A stretch of DNA of 64,000 nt from the NCBI GenBank assembly GCA_018304425.1, contig JAGVWE010000002.1:416001-480000 (forward strand), written 5' to 3'. Below, piece by piece: positions 46,284 through 55,919 of this stretch. A program made the translations under genes and the position numbers. Below the pieces are notes generated by a model, which did not search any database, had not been told where the DNA came from, and saw only the letters and a program-made list of their open reading frames with translations. The stretch comes from Candidatus Iainarchaeum sp. Lineage in GTDB: Archaea > Iainarchaeota > Iainarchaeia > Iainarchaeales > UBA10219. The first letter of the stretch is position 1. Each line of letters begins with the position of its first letter.

Positions 46284-47663
46284 ATGACTTCGGATGCGCC
46301 CGTCAAATCCCTTTTCAAGGTCCCAAACCAGCCGCCCGGAAAAGGCGAGAACCGGAAGCCCGGCCTCTTTGAAAGCATTACCTCCCTGTTGAGTTCCAAG
46401 CAACCCGAGACCATTGCCGACCTCGAAAAAAAAGTCGAACCCGCCGAGGAAATCCAGCGCGCAGTCGAGGAAGCCAAGCAGGCCGCGGAACCCTCCAAGC
46501 CCCACAAGCCCTTGTTCGGCTTGGTGGGCACAGTCATTCCAGAGAAAGTCGAATACGATTTGTTCACCGACGGCCCGTTCTCCGTGGACTACCCGGATTG
46601 GCCGAGGCTCAAGGAGCTTCCGGAGTCCTGCGTCGTGGCGGTGACCAACGGCGTTTTCACCATCGAACTCTCAGTCGAAGAAATGGAGCCCCTCACCTTT
46701 GCTACCTACATGAAGAAAATCATTTCAGGCGTGGAAGAACAGCTCAACGCCAAAATCCTGCAAAAAAGGGTGCTGCTGGATTCCGCCTACCTCGAATTCG
46801 TTCTCGTGCGGGACAACAAGCTGTGGCTCTACAAAGCCAAAATCGTTGAATGCAACCGGAGGTTTTACACGGTTTCCATCAACGGCCCCAAAAAAGAGTT
46901 TCCCGCCGTAAAACCAGTTGTGGACCACGTGCTTTCCTCGGTGATTGTTTACCGCTCCGGCAAGCCCGCCAACGTTCGCATCGAGGACATCCGTGACCTC
47001 AACGAAGCGGAACGCGAAAGCATTGAAGCCCAGATCAAGGAAGTGGAGACGGAACTCGCGGAAATGGAACTCCAGGGCGGCTACACCATTCAAGCCGAGG
47101 CCAAGGCCCTGAATGAACTCATCCCCATCGATGCCTCTCGGCTCCCGGCCAAAAAACCATTCAAGGGAAAAAATCCGCCAATCGTCTCCCCCAAGCCTGC
47201 GCCTTCCCCCCTTCCAGTGGCAAAACCAAAATCAACCCCGGCCGAGAAACCAGTGACACGCAGCCAGGCCCTGGTCCAAGAACCCCCTCTAGCGGTTCCG
47301 GCTTCGCTTCCCCTCTATGAGTCCCCTGAAATGAAGCACTTGGAGGAAGAGCTTTCCACCCTTGAAAAGGAGCATGCCCAGCTCCCCCCCGAGGCTGCAA
47401 CCGAGGCCCAAGCTGAGGCAAAGCCCGAACCCCCTTTGGCCAAGGTCCTTCCAGCCAAGGCCTTGAAAACCAAGGCATCCAAGCCCTTGCCTGTTGCGCC
47501 AGCCCAGCTTGCTTCGCCTGCTGCCCGAGCCCTGCCGCCCGCCCAACGGGAGAAACTTGAAAAAAAACTGGCCATGCTGGATGAGGCCCTGGAATTGGGT
47601 GTTATTTCTATGAAGTCTTACAAGGCCGGGCGCGCCGAAATCCTGGCCCTGTTGGCTCGCTAG
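46284..47663 (+). CDS. Hypothetical protein: PsbP/DcrB-like alpha-beta domain, Pro/Ala/Lys-rich linker, SHOCT-like C-terminus
   Basis: FSVDYPDW..FYTV..VDHVLSS; tail LAMLDEALELGVISMKSY..R..IL. Confidence 0.6.
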   Translation: MTSDAPVKSLFKVPNQPPGKGENRKPGLFESITSLLSSKQPETIADLEKKVEPAEEIQRAVEEAKQAAEPSKPHKPLFGLVGTVIPEKVEYDLFTDGPFSVDYPDWPRLKELPESCVVAVTNGVFTIELSVEEMEPLTFATYMKKIISGVEEQLNAKILQKRVLLDSAYLEFVLVRDNKLWLYKAKIVECNRRFYTVSINGPKKEFPAVKPVVDHVLSSVIVYRSGKPANVRIEDIRDLNEAERESIEAQIKEVETELAEMELQGGYTIQAEAKALNELIPIDASRLPAKKPFKGKNPPIVSPKPAPSPLPVAKPKSTPAEKPVTRSQALVQEPPLAVPASLPLYESPEMKHLEEELSTLEKEHAQLPPEAATEAQAEAKPEPPLAKVLPAKALKTKASKPLPVAPAQLASPAARALPPAQREKLEKKLAMLDEALELGVISMKSYKAGRAEILALLAR

Positions 47664-47738
47664 CCGCCAAAAAACACAGATACCTTTATAAAAGGCAACA
47701 GTCATATCATAATAAGCATTTTTTGAGCAAGGGAAAGC

Positions 47739-48050
47739 ATGTCTGCAACCAAATTTTCTCTCGGGAAACAACACGACTTATTGCGGGACGCGCTCAAGGA
47801 CGTGAACGCGGAACTGTCCAGGCTCCAAATGGAGCGCCGCGACCTCGAAGACGAAATCAGGCGCTTGACCAACACCATCAAGGAAACCCAGGAAGAAGAG
47901 TTGCACCTCAAGGACGGCATGCGGAAAATGGCCCTCAAGGAAAAAGCCGTCGGCATGAAGCGCGAGCAGCTCAACAAGAAAATCCTCAAACTCAAGCAGA
48001 AAATCGGCAAAGTGCAGGCTTTGGGCGCCAAGATGTCCGAAGTCGAATAA
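47739..48050 (+). CDS. Small coiled-coil protein
   Basis: Continuous heptads over ~90 aa; TTTATAAA box upstream. Confidence 0.75.
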   Translation: MSATKFSLGKQHDLLRDALKDVNAELSRLQMERRDLEDEIRRLTNTIKETQEEELHLKDGMRKMALKEKAVGMKREQLNKKILKLKQKIGKVQALGAKMSEVE

Positions 48051-48081
48051 AGCCGCCACACCCGGTCATTCACGTTTTCCT

Positions 48082-49941
48082 TCACTCTCTTTTGCGCGTG
48101 AGCCCCCGGATTTTTTCCAGAATGCTTGCCTGCTTCAAGACGTTAAGCCTTGCCTCGGCCTGGTCCAGCTCCGCATTGAGTTTTTCCGTCAACTGCAGGT
48201 ATTCCCGGTTCCCGATGAGCCGCTCATTGAAGTACTGTTCCTGCACCTTCTTCTTCGATTCCAGCAGGCTCTTCTTCTTCTTCTCTTCGAGCCGTATCCC
48301 GGCCAGGTTCATGGACCAATAGGCGGCGAACGCCACTAAGACGAGGACCATTAACCCCAGGCCCCCGAACTGCAGCGGGTTTTTCGCAACCAAGTACAGG
48401 GGCGAATAGCTCGGCCTGATTTTCAAGGCCACCTCACCACTGCCCATGTTGCCGTAAGCGTCCGTCACCGTGATTTTCGCTTCCAGCCCCTTCTCACCCT
48501 TCTTCGTAACAACCGTGGCATAGTGGTAAGCTCCATCCGCTTCCAACTTCGCGCTTACCACCCTTGAACCGAAATCCAGCAGCACCGTGGCTTTTTCCAC
48601 CGGCTTCTGGAAGGAATAATAGGCCTTGACCGTGAACTCAATGCGTTCCCCCAAGTCGTAAATGGCCTTGCTCGGCGAAACGATTTCCACGGTTATCGGC
48701 AACCGGTTCACCACGAGGTTCTTCGTGGAGGAACCACTGAATTGCACCGCATTCACGTCCTTCACGGCCCGCGCCGTGAACACCTGTTCGCCGACCGGGA
48801 AATCCAGTGGCAGCAGGTATTTCACGCCATAGTTGCCGGGCGAGAGCTCCAACGCCTTGACTGCCTTGTTCCCCGGCAGCAGCACCATTACTTCCGCCTT
48901 TTCCACCACGTCATTGTGGTGGTCGACTACCCGCACAATGAAATTAACTTCATTGCCCCGGTCATAGGCACGGGCAGTGGGCTCAATGAACTCGGCCTTC
49001 AGGAAGCCAACCCCCAACTCCTCAAGCACCTGAACGCGTTTCTCCACGAGGCCCTGGTTATTGCTGGTGTCACTGGCCTTCAACGAAACCAGCCACTCCC
49101 CCACCGGGTCAATGAGGCTGGTCCTCCGCTCAAAGGAAAAGTTCCCCTCGTCATCCGGGTTCAGCGTGGTCGAAAACACCGGGTTCCCTTCATGGACTAT
49201 TTCCAGTGTCACCGGGACCAACAGGGGCTGGCCCAACCTGGCCAGGGAACCCTTGACCTGGATGGTGTCCCCCAAGGCATACACGGCTGCATCCAGGGAC
49301 GCGGCCAGGTCCAGATAAGGTACGAGCCTTGCCGTGAACTCGGTTTCCCCCCGCACGGTGCGGACAAACGCTTCCACCTCCACGTTATAGGTGCCGGCCG
49401 CGGCGTTCGGCGGGATGACCGTGGAATTGCCGTACACGCCATCATCGGCTAGCAGGTCATTGTGGTCTCCATCGTCGAAGAGGTTCACCACGCCGAGGAA
49501 ATTCGGGCTCTTGGCTTTCACGTCGGCTCCCTTTGCCGGGTACAGGTCAGCCAACACCTTCGCCCTGATCACCATCTGCTCGCCGCGCAAAAAATTCTTG
49601 TCCTGGAAGTCAATCATGTCAACTGCCACGCTGCGCGGGAAGCAGTCATCGGGGCAGCTGGCATAGGCCTCGGTCTTCTCACAGATGCCGTTGCCACAGC
49701 AGCCCAGTTTCAGCGTTGGCACGCAGACCGAGCCAGGGGCACTGCCACTCGTGCAGTTATAGGTATAGCAGGCGTTTCCTCCATAGGTGCCGGTGCACTG
49801 CCCACAGTCATCCGCGCAGGTGCACTTGTTCTCGCCTTCCTCACACGAGTCGTTCCCACAGGTAGCTGCCTGTGCCATCCACACTGGCAGGGCCAGCAAG
49901 CAGGCAACGAAAAAAATCCGCGCGAACCTGCCCACAACCAT
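48082..49941 (-). CDS. Surface protein: Cys-rich CGNxxC..E..C..DC repeats, DDG..D..DG.Y motif, Ig-like domains, C-terminal TM and helical tail
   Basis: Signal peptide AQA; LFDDGDHNDLLADDGVYGN; TM then KKKVQEQYF..I..EY. Confidence 0.82.
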   Translation of the reverse strand: MVVGRFARIFFVACLLALPVWMAQAATCGNDSCEEGENKCTCADDCGQCTGTYGGNACYTYNCTSGSAPGSVCVPTLKLGCCGNGICEKTEAYASCPDDCFPRSVAVDMIDFQDKNFLRGEQMVIRAKVLADLYPAKGADVKAKSPNFLGVVNLFDDGDHNDLLADDGVYGNSTVIPPNAAAGTYNVEVEAFVRTVRGETEFTARLVPYLDLAASLDAAVYALGDTIQVKGSLARLGQPLLVPVTLEIVHEGNPVFSTTLNPDDEGNFSFERRTSLIDPVGEWLVSLKASDTSNNQGLVEKRVQVLEELGVGFLKAEFIEPTARAYDRGNEVNFIVRVVDHHNDVVEKAEVMVLLPGNKAVKALELSPGNYGVKYLLPLDFPVGEQVFTARAVKDVNAVQFSGSSTKNLVVNRLPITVEIVSPSKAIYDLGERIEFTVKAYYSFQKPVEKATVLLDFGSRVVSAKLEADGAYHYATVVTKKGEKGLEAKITVTDAYGNMGSGEVALKIRPSYSPLYLVAKNPLQFGGLGLMVLVLVAFAAYWSMNLAGIRLEEKKKKSLLESKKKVQEQYFNERLIGNREYLQLTEKLNAELDQAEARLNVLKQASILEKIRGLTRKRE

Positions 49942-49969
49942 TTCATCCCAGCCATCACGCGCGGCTGGC

Positions 49970-50764
49970 TTATTTCCAGCCGGCGATTTCTTCCCTTACT
50001 TCCTTTGAAAGCTCAATCGACACGCCCTTGCCTGAAACCAGTTTGAAGGGAACCAGTTGCTTGACGTGGTCACAGCACCGCATCTTTAGGATCTCCAGGC
50101 TGCGCTCGCGCCGGTTCCCAACCAGCTTGTTATACAATACGATTACGCCATCCGACAGGAACTCCTCGATGCCGCTCCGCGAATAAACCCCGGGGTCGGA
50201 AGTCGTTTCACTGATGATGTAGTTCACGGAATCGTATTTTTCCAGCATCTCGAACATGTACCGGATGTAGTAGCGGTAGTTTTCCACGTTGCCCATGAAG
50301 GCAACCGACAACGCCGAAAGCGAGTCAATGATGATTCGGTCCGGCGTGAACGGCAACTGGATTTCCTGCACCTCCACCAGCAAGTCCCCCTTCCGTTCGG
50401 CAAGAAAGGCTTCCACGCTCCGCGCAATCTTGAAGGGGTCGCTGCGGATGAGGGCGAACTTGTTCTCCTTTTCCAGCTTGTCCATGTCCCAATTGAAGTT
50501 CTCCAGCATGTGCTTGCGCAGTTTGGAGGCCTGCTCCTCGAAGGTTATGTAGACCGCACGCTCGCCTTCCAGGATGCTGTGGTACACCGAATCCATGCAG
50601 AACGTGCTCTTGCCGGCCCCGCAGCCGCCAGCCACCATCAGGGTGGAACCGCGTTCAACGCCGCCCTTTTCCAGGAGCTTGTCAAAATTATCAATCCGCA
50701 TGGGCAGCAACTCCTTCCGCGGCGTGATTTTTTCTTCGCCCTTGAACTTTATTCCGAACGGCAT
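49970..50764 (-). CDS. Second single-domain KaiC/GvpD/RAD55-family ATPase
   Basis: GGCGAGKST, YITFEE, IIIDSLS, EEFLSDGVI, ILKMR. Confidence 0.93.
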   Translation of the reverse strand: MPFGIKFKGEEKITPRKELLPMRIDNFDKLLEKGGVERGSTLMVAGGCGAGKSTFCMDSVYHSILEGERAVYITFEEQASKLRKHMLENFNWDMDKLEKENKFALIRSDPFKIARSVEAFLAERKGDLLVEVQEIQLPFTPDRIIIDSLSALSVAFMGNVENYRYYIRYMFEMLEKYDSVNYIISETTSDPGVYSRSGIEEFLSDGVIVLYNKLVGNRRERSLEILKMRCCDHVKQLVPFKLVSGKGVSIELSKEVREEIAGWK

Positions 50765-50884
50765 GCCATCCCCCGGCTTTGCCAATAATTAGGCCAATCC
50801 AGTATTTAATTCAAACGCTCCGGTTTTACCCCCTTGATAGCCTTTTTATATTACCTCGCCCTACATACTTGCATGCCTGCCTGC

Positions 50885-52273
50885 ATGCGTCCCGCTCTCC
50901 CCCTGATTGTGCTTCTCTCCCTGCTGTTGTTCTTGAGCGGCTGTTCTCTGCCCAAACCAGACTTCCTCAAAGGCATCCTCGCGCCCAGCCAACCCGAAGA
51001 CTACTGCGCCAATTTCGTCTCCAAAGACGATTGCTACCTCCAAGTGGCCCAGGAAAACCAGGCCCCCGAGTTCTGCAAAAAAATCGTCGACCCCCCCAAA
51101 TCAGAGCAATGCCTGTTAGGCCTGGCGCTTTCCTCCAAGAACCGGGCCCTCTGCAACGTCTATTCCTCCGAACCAGGCAAGTGCCTCCGGCAACTCGCCC
51201 TTGCCACGAACGCAGTCGGCGTCTGCGCGGAAATAGAGGACCAGAACGTTTCCGACGACTGCTACCTCGCCATGGCAGCCAAGCTCTCCAACCCCACCAC
51301 CTGCCTGCTGGCCCGCAGCCCTGCCCTCAAGGCGGACTGCCTCTACATCCTGGCCCAGCAAACCAATTCCCCCCAGGCCTGCACCAACATCTTCGTGGAC
51401 GCAACCCGTTACAAGTGCCTGTTCGACCTTTCCCTGAAACTCGCGAACCCGGAGGTGTGCAAGGCCCTTGAAGCCACTTACTCCGTGGACGACTGCTGGA
51501 AGGGCCTGGCCCTCGCCAAAAAGGATTCGCTGGCCTGTGACCGGATTTCAGAGGAAACCATGCGGGACGCCTGCCACTATGAGGTGGGAGCGGTGTCCGG
51601 CGAAACCATTGCCCTCAAAAACGACCTGGCCCTGCTCTGCGCCAAGCTCCCGGAAAAAAGCCAGGCGGCGGCCTGCCAGTCCAGGCTCTCCGCTTACCAG
51701 ATAAGCGCGGACTTCTGCTCGGACATCGACTCCCAGCCCGAACGCGTGGAATGCCTGGACAAGCTCAACGCGTTCTTCGTTGACGCAAGCCTGTGCCCCG
51801 AATACCGCACGCGCGATGCCATGGACGCCTGCTTTGAATTCGTGGCCCTCCAGAAGTCGAGCCTCGAGACCTGCAAGCTCGTGGTGGACATTCCAAAAGA
51901 GCTGTCCTGCATCTACAAGCTCGCGGTCAAGGAAAAGAACCCCAAGCACTGCGCGGAAACCCACGTCACGGACTCCTTCGATTACCGGAACGAATGCTAC
52001 AAGGAGGTCGCATTCCTATCCAAGCAGCCACGCAACTGTGATTTCATCTACTTCCGCGAGAAACGCGCGGCCTGCCGCGCCGAGTTCGCGGTCCTCGACC
52101 AGAACTATGCCATCTGCAAGGAAATCCCCAACGAGGCCTTGTCCGACAGCAATGACCCCTTCTTCACGCGGGATTATTGCTTCAAGTCCGTGGTTGAAAC
52201 AATCCGGGACAAGAGCCTGTGCGACTTCATCCAGGACGCAAAGCGGAAGGAAGCCTGCCAAGCCGGCCAGTGA
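50885..52273 (+). CDS. Cys-rich helical-repeat lipoprotein-like protein
   Basis: LLLFLSGC lipobox-like motif; ~16 repeats of C-x(8-20)-C with a ~26-aa period; start may be 50873. Confidence 0.8.
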   Translation: MRPALPLIVLLSLLLFLSGCSLPKPDFLKGILAPSQPEDYCANFVSKDDCYLQVAQENQAPEFCKKIVDPPKSEQCLLGLALSSKNRALCNVYSSEPGKCLRQLALATNAVGVCAEIEDQNVSDDCYLAMAAKLSNPTTCLLARSPALKADCLYILAQQTNSPQACTNIFVDATRYKCLFDLSLKLANPEVCKALEATYSVDDCWKGLALAKKDSLACDRISEETMRDACHYEVGAVSGETIALKNDLALLCAKLPEKSQAAACQSRLSAYQISADFCSDIDSQPERVECLDKLNAFFVDASLCPEYRTRDAMDACFEFVALQKSSLETCKLVVDIPKELSCIYKLAVKEKNPKHCAETHVTDSFDYRNECYKEVAFLSKQPRNCDFIYFREKRAACRAEFAVLDQNYAICKEIPNEALSDSNDPFFTRDYCFKSVVETIRDKSLCDFIQDAKRKEACQAGQ

Positions 52274-52275
52274 AG

Positions 52276-52300
52276 CCTTGACGACTCGTCAAGGTTTATT
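52276..52300 (+). terminator. Hairpin CCTTGACG-ACT-CGTCAAGG followed by TTTATT (terminator or operator)
   Basis: Perfect 8-bp stem right after the stop at 52273; also abuts an A/T box. Confidence 0.5.
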
Positions 52301-52326
52301 AACCAGTTAGCCCCTTTTATTGGATT

Positions 52327-52355
52327 CAAGGCAGCAGCCAAGGCAGCAGCCAAGG
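52327..52355. repeat. Tandem repeat (CAAGGCAGCAGC)x2+CAAGG in the leader of the ABC operon
   Basis: Exact 12-bp units. Confidence 0.85.
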
Positions 52356-52387
52356 AAGTGGCTGCCTAAGGGTATAAGGGTGAGGCC

Positions 52388-53440
52388 GTGCCGTTTGGAA
52401 TCAGGGAAAACATCGAACCATATTCCGGCAGAAACGTCATCGAAGCCGAAAACGTCGTCAAGGTGTTCAAGAAAAACGAGCCCACCCACAACCCCCTCAA
52501 GGACTTCCTCTTCCCCTCCTACAAGCCCTTCACCGCCCTCAACGGGGTTTCCCTGAAGATAAAGCGCGGCGAGGTCTTCGGCCTCCTCGGCCCCAACGGC
52601 TCGGGGAAAACAACCTTCATCAAGATACTCACCGGCCTGCTCCAGCCCACGCAGGGAAAGGTCCTGATCCACGGCAAACCCGCCGAACAAAACCTGCGCC
52701 GCATCGGCGTGATGTTCGGCTTCAACATGATTTATTACCGGTTGACGGGTTATGCCAACCTCAAGTACTCAGCCAAACTCTACAAGGTCAAGAACTACAA
52801 GCAACGCATCAACGAACTGGCGCGGATGCTGGGCCTCGAGAACTGGCTTTACTCTTACGTCGAAAACTATTCACTGGGCATGAAATCCAAGCTGGCCCTG
52901 GCCCGCGCCCTCATCCACGACCCTGAAATCCTCTTCCTCGACGAGCCCACCCTCGGTTTGGACCCCAAGATTTCGCTTTCCCTGCGCGAGGACATCCGGG
53001 AAATGGACAAAACCATCATAATCACCACGCACAACATGGAGGAAGCCAACGAGCTCTGCGACCGCATTGGCATCATCAAGAACGGCAGCCTCATCCGCGT
53101 CGGAACCCCGGCGTACCTCAAGAAACTCGTCTCCGAGAACATCATCGTCAACATAGGCCTCGCCTTCTTCGGCAACGAACTCATCAACACGCTTTCAACC
53201 CAGCCCTACGTGCACAACGTGTCCCTCTCCCAAACAGGGGTGCGGATTTACCTTGAAAGCAAGGACTACCTCCCAAAACTACTGTCCATCCTCGGAAGCT
53301 ACAACACCACCAGCATCAATGAGGAAGAGCCCACGCTGGTGGATGTCTTCATCCGCCTCACGCAGGGCGAGGTTCCCCCGGCCAGAAACCCGGAATCCGA
53401 TGACGAGGACACGGGCACACAGATGCAGGAACCCATTTAA
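52388..53440 (+). CDS. ABC-2 type exporter ATP-binding subunit
   Basis: GPNGSGKTT, YSLGM signature, LFLDEPT, TTH; GTG start after GGGTGAGG. Confidence 0.95.
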   Translation: MPFGIRENIEPYSGRNVIEAENVVKVFKKNEPTHNPLKDFLFPSYKPFTALNGVSLKIKRGEVFGLLGPNGSGKTTFIKILTGLLQPTQGKVLIHGKPAEQNLRRIGVMFGFNMIYYRLTGYANLKYSAKLYKVKNYKQRINELARMLGLENWLYSYVENYSLGMKSKLALARALIHDPEILFLDEPTLGLDPKISLSLREDIREMDKTIIITTHNMEEANELCDRIGIIKNGSLIRVGTPAYLKKLVSENIIVNIGLAFFGNELINTLSTQPYVHNVSLSQTGVRIYLESKDYLPKLLSILGSYNTTSINEEEPTLVDVFIRLTQGEVPPARNPESDDEDTGTQMQEPI

Positions 53441-53463
53441 CCTAACCCAAAAAAGTGAATGCC

Positions 53464-54285
53464 ATGCAGCTCATCGATGAATCCCTGGCCATTGCCGAAA
53501 AAGAAGTAGGCCTATCCGTGCGATACATCCTCCCCTTTTTCACCAACAGCCTGATTTCCCCCCTCATCAAGGTCATGCCCTTCCTGCTGGTCTATGGCGG
53601 CTTCTTCTCAGCCAACCCCAGCGCGGCCCTCGCTGGCCACGTAAAACCCGAAACCTTCATCCCGTTCCTGTTCCTCGGCATAACCGCGGACATCTTCTTC
53701 AGCATCGGTTACAGCACGTTCAGCTCGAAATTCATGGTCGAAAAATGGTGGCAGACCATGGAAATCATCATCCTCGCACCCATCAACAAGCTATCCCTCA
53801 TCACGGGCATAGGCCTGGGCGACCTCATCTCCACCTTCCCGACCCTTGTCCTCTTCCTGGGCCTCGCCTACTACTTCACGCCCCTGGGCTTCCTCGACCT
53901 GATAAAAGTTTTAATCATCTTCCTGCTCCTGTTCATGATTTCGCTGAGCATCGGCTTGATCACCAGCTGTGCCGCCCTGTTCAACGAAAACCTGGCCCCC
54001 TTCTTCGGCTACCTCCGAGTGATCATCTCCTTCGTCTCCGCCTTTTACTACCCCATCGAAGTCCTCAAAACAGACAAGCTAGGGGCCCTCGGCCAGTTCC
54101 TGCCGGTCATCGCCACCTTCAACCCCCTCTACCAGGCCAACTTCATCATCCGCGCCATCTGGTTCGAAGGCATTACCCCCATCAACTCCGTCATTTACGT
54201 GCTCTTCTTCGCCATCATCTCCCCCATTGCAGCAGTCTACGTCTTCAACAAGCTCTGGTCCACCATCGGCATCCAAGGCTACTAG
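53464..54285 (+). CDS. ABC-2 type exporter permease
   Basis: ~6 TM; EK..QTME.I.LAP, SAFYYP, NPL motifs. Confidence 0.9.
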   Translation: MQLIDESLAIAEKEVGLSVRYILPFFTNSLISPLIKVMPFLLVYGGFFSANPSAALAGHVKPETFIPFLFLGITADIFFSIGYSTFSSKFMVEKWWQTMEIIILAPINKLSLITGIGLGDLISTFPTLVLFLGLAYYFTPLGFLDLIKVLIIFLLLFMISLSIGLITSCAALFNENLAPFFGYLRVIISFVSAFYYPIEVLKTDKLGALGQFLPVIATFNPLYQANFIIRAIWFEGITPINSVIYVLFFAIISPIAAVYVFNKLWSTIGIQGY

Positions 54286-54291
54286 CCGCTG

Positions 54292-54318
54292 GCCTCCACT
54301 GCCTCCACTGCCTCCACT
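54292..54318. repeat. Tandem repeat (GCCTCCACT)x3 immediately upstream of a TATA box
   Basis: Three exact 9-bp units. Confidence 0.9.
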
Positions 54319-54353
54319 ATAGGTTTTTATTCGGATGAACCCTATTATATCCC

Positions 54354-55919
54354 ATGAACAAGCGCAGCAGTCTGGTCTTGGTCTTGGCCTTGTTCCTGCT
54401 GGCAGCCGTCATGAACTACTCCATCCACTACAATTACCCCCTGCCCATCCACTCCGACGAATACGACCACCTGGCCATCATCCGCGAAATGGAGGACACC
54501 GGCAAGCACACCTGGTACGACCCCTACATCGTCCAGAAAAGGCACGCCCAACGCAACCTCGAAATAAACTTTGACATCTTCCTCTACGTCTTTGCGGCCC
54601 TCACCGGCCTCAACCTCGAACACCTGCCCCTCCTCCTGCCCATCTTCTTCTCCTTCCTCCTCAGCCTCTCCTCCTTCATCCTCGTGTACGCCCTCACCAA
54701 AAGAGACCTGGCCGCCTTCTTCGCCAGCGTATTCGTGTTCCTGTTGCCCAACAACATAGCCTTCCTCGGCTACTGGTTCCTGGTGCCCATGTCCATCGGC
54801 CTCGCCGCCCTCCCCCTGCTCTCCCACGCCTTCCTCAAGTCCTTCCACTCCTGGCCCTACACCCTCACGCTCTACCTCTTCCTCATCGCCTTGACCTTGA
54901 CTCATGCCGTCTACACGGCTTCCCTCGTCCCGGCCTTCCTCTTCTTCCTCTTGTTTTCCCTCCACGAGTTCAAGAACAAGCACAACCTCCTAAAGCTCGC
55001 CCTGGGCTGCCTCCTCCTCCTCGGCTTGACCGCTTTCTTCGTTGAATGGAACCCGGCCAACCCCCTCGAAACCCTGAGCCTCATTGCTTACCTCCTGGTC
55101 TGGCCCTATGGCACGCACACCGCCGAATACCCCTTGACCAGCTACCTAGGCCCAGTCCTCGGCGCCCTCGCCCTCGCCGGCGCCGCCTACTCCTTGTTCC
55201 CCCTCCTGAACCGCTTCCTACCCGCACTCACCAACCGCTTCCCCCTCCTCCGAAGCGCCCGCCAAACCGTGCACCACGCCAAATACCCGGTGCTCTTCGC
55301 CTTGCTCCTCTTCGGCGTGCGCGTCTCCGCCGACTACACGGGAACCTGCCTCCTCGGACCCTGCCGGCGCACGGTCCCCGGCCTCGCCATCCTCGTATTC
55401 ATCCTCGCCGCCCTCGGCTTCTACGCCTTCCTCGTCTTCCTCAACAAGCTGCTCGTGCGCGTCAGCGAACGCCCCTACCGCATCATGCGAGCCGCCATCT
55501 TCCTGCTGGTCCTGGTCTTCCTCCTCCACGAACTCCTCACCCAACCCTTCCAATACGCCAACGACCCCGTGAAAGGCCTATACTATAACATCGAGTTAAA
55601 CGAGGTGCCCGCGCTTTCCTGGATCAAGGACTTCACGCCCCAGGACACGGTCGTTTTCGCCTTGCCCTGGACCGCGAAAGCCGTTTACCTGCTTTCCGGG
55701 CGAAAAGTCGTGGACACCGGGGCCGCAAGGCTCGGCAACAGCCTTCCCTCCCTCCAAGGAATCGTGAACTTCTTCCTCGTAGACTGCGCGGCCAAAGAAA
55801 AGGCTCTGGCCAAATGGCCCAGCGACTTAATCTACGCCGGCAAAGGCTTCGTGGACTGCCCGAACCTCGACCAAATCCTGAACAGCGGAGGCAATTACGC
55901 CTATGTTGAAAACGACTGA
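54354..55919 (+). CDS. Polytopic membrane protein, GT-C-fold-like (STT3/ArnT/PMT-like architecture)
   Basis: HSDEYDH acidic motif after TM1, >10 TM, C-terminal ALSWIK..TP.D.V soluble domain. Confidence 0.65.
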   Translation: MNKRSSLVLVLALFLLAAVMNYSIHYNYPLPIHSDEYDHLAIIREMEDTGKHTWYDPYIVQKRHAQRNLEINFDIFLYVFAALTGLNLEHLPLLLPIFFSFLLSLSSFILVYALTKRDLAAFFASVFVFLLPNNIAFLGYWFLVPMSIGLAALPLLSHAFLKSFHSWPYTLTLYLFLIALTLTHAVYTASLVPAFLFFLLFSLHEFKNKHNLLKLALGCLLLLGLTAFFVEWNPANPLETLSLIAYLLVWPYGTHTAEYPLTSYLGPVLGALALAGAAYSLFPLLNRFLPALTNRFPLLRSARQTVHHAKYPVLFALLLFGVRVSADYTGTCLLGPCRRTVPGLAILVFILAALGFYAFLVFLNKLLVRVSERPYRIMRAAIFLLVLVFLLHELLTQPFQYANDPVKGLYYNIELNEVPALSWIKDFTPQDTVVFALPWTAKAVYLLSGRKVVDTGAARLGNSLPSLQGIVNFFLVDCAAKEKALAKWPSDLIYAGKGFVDCPNLDQILNSGGNYAYVEND

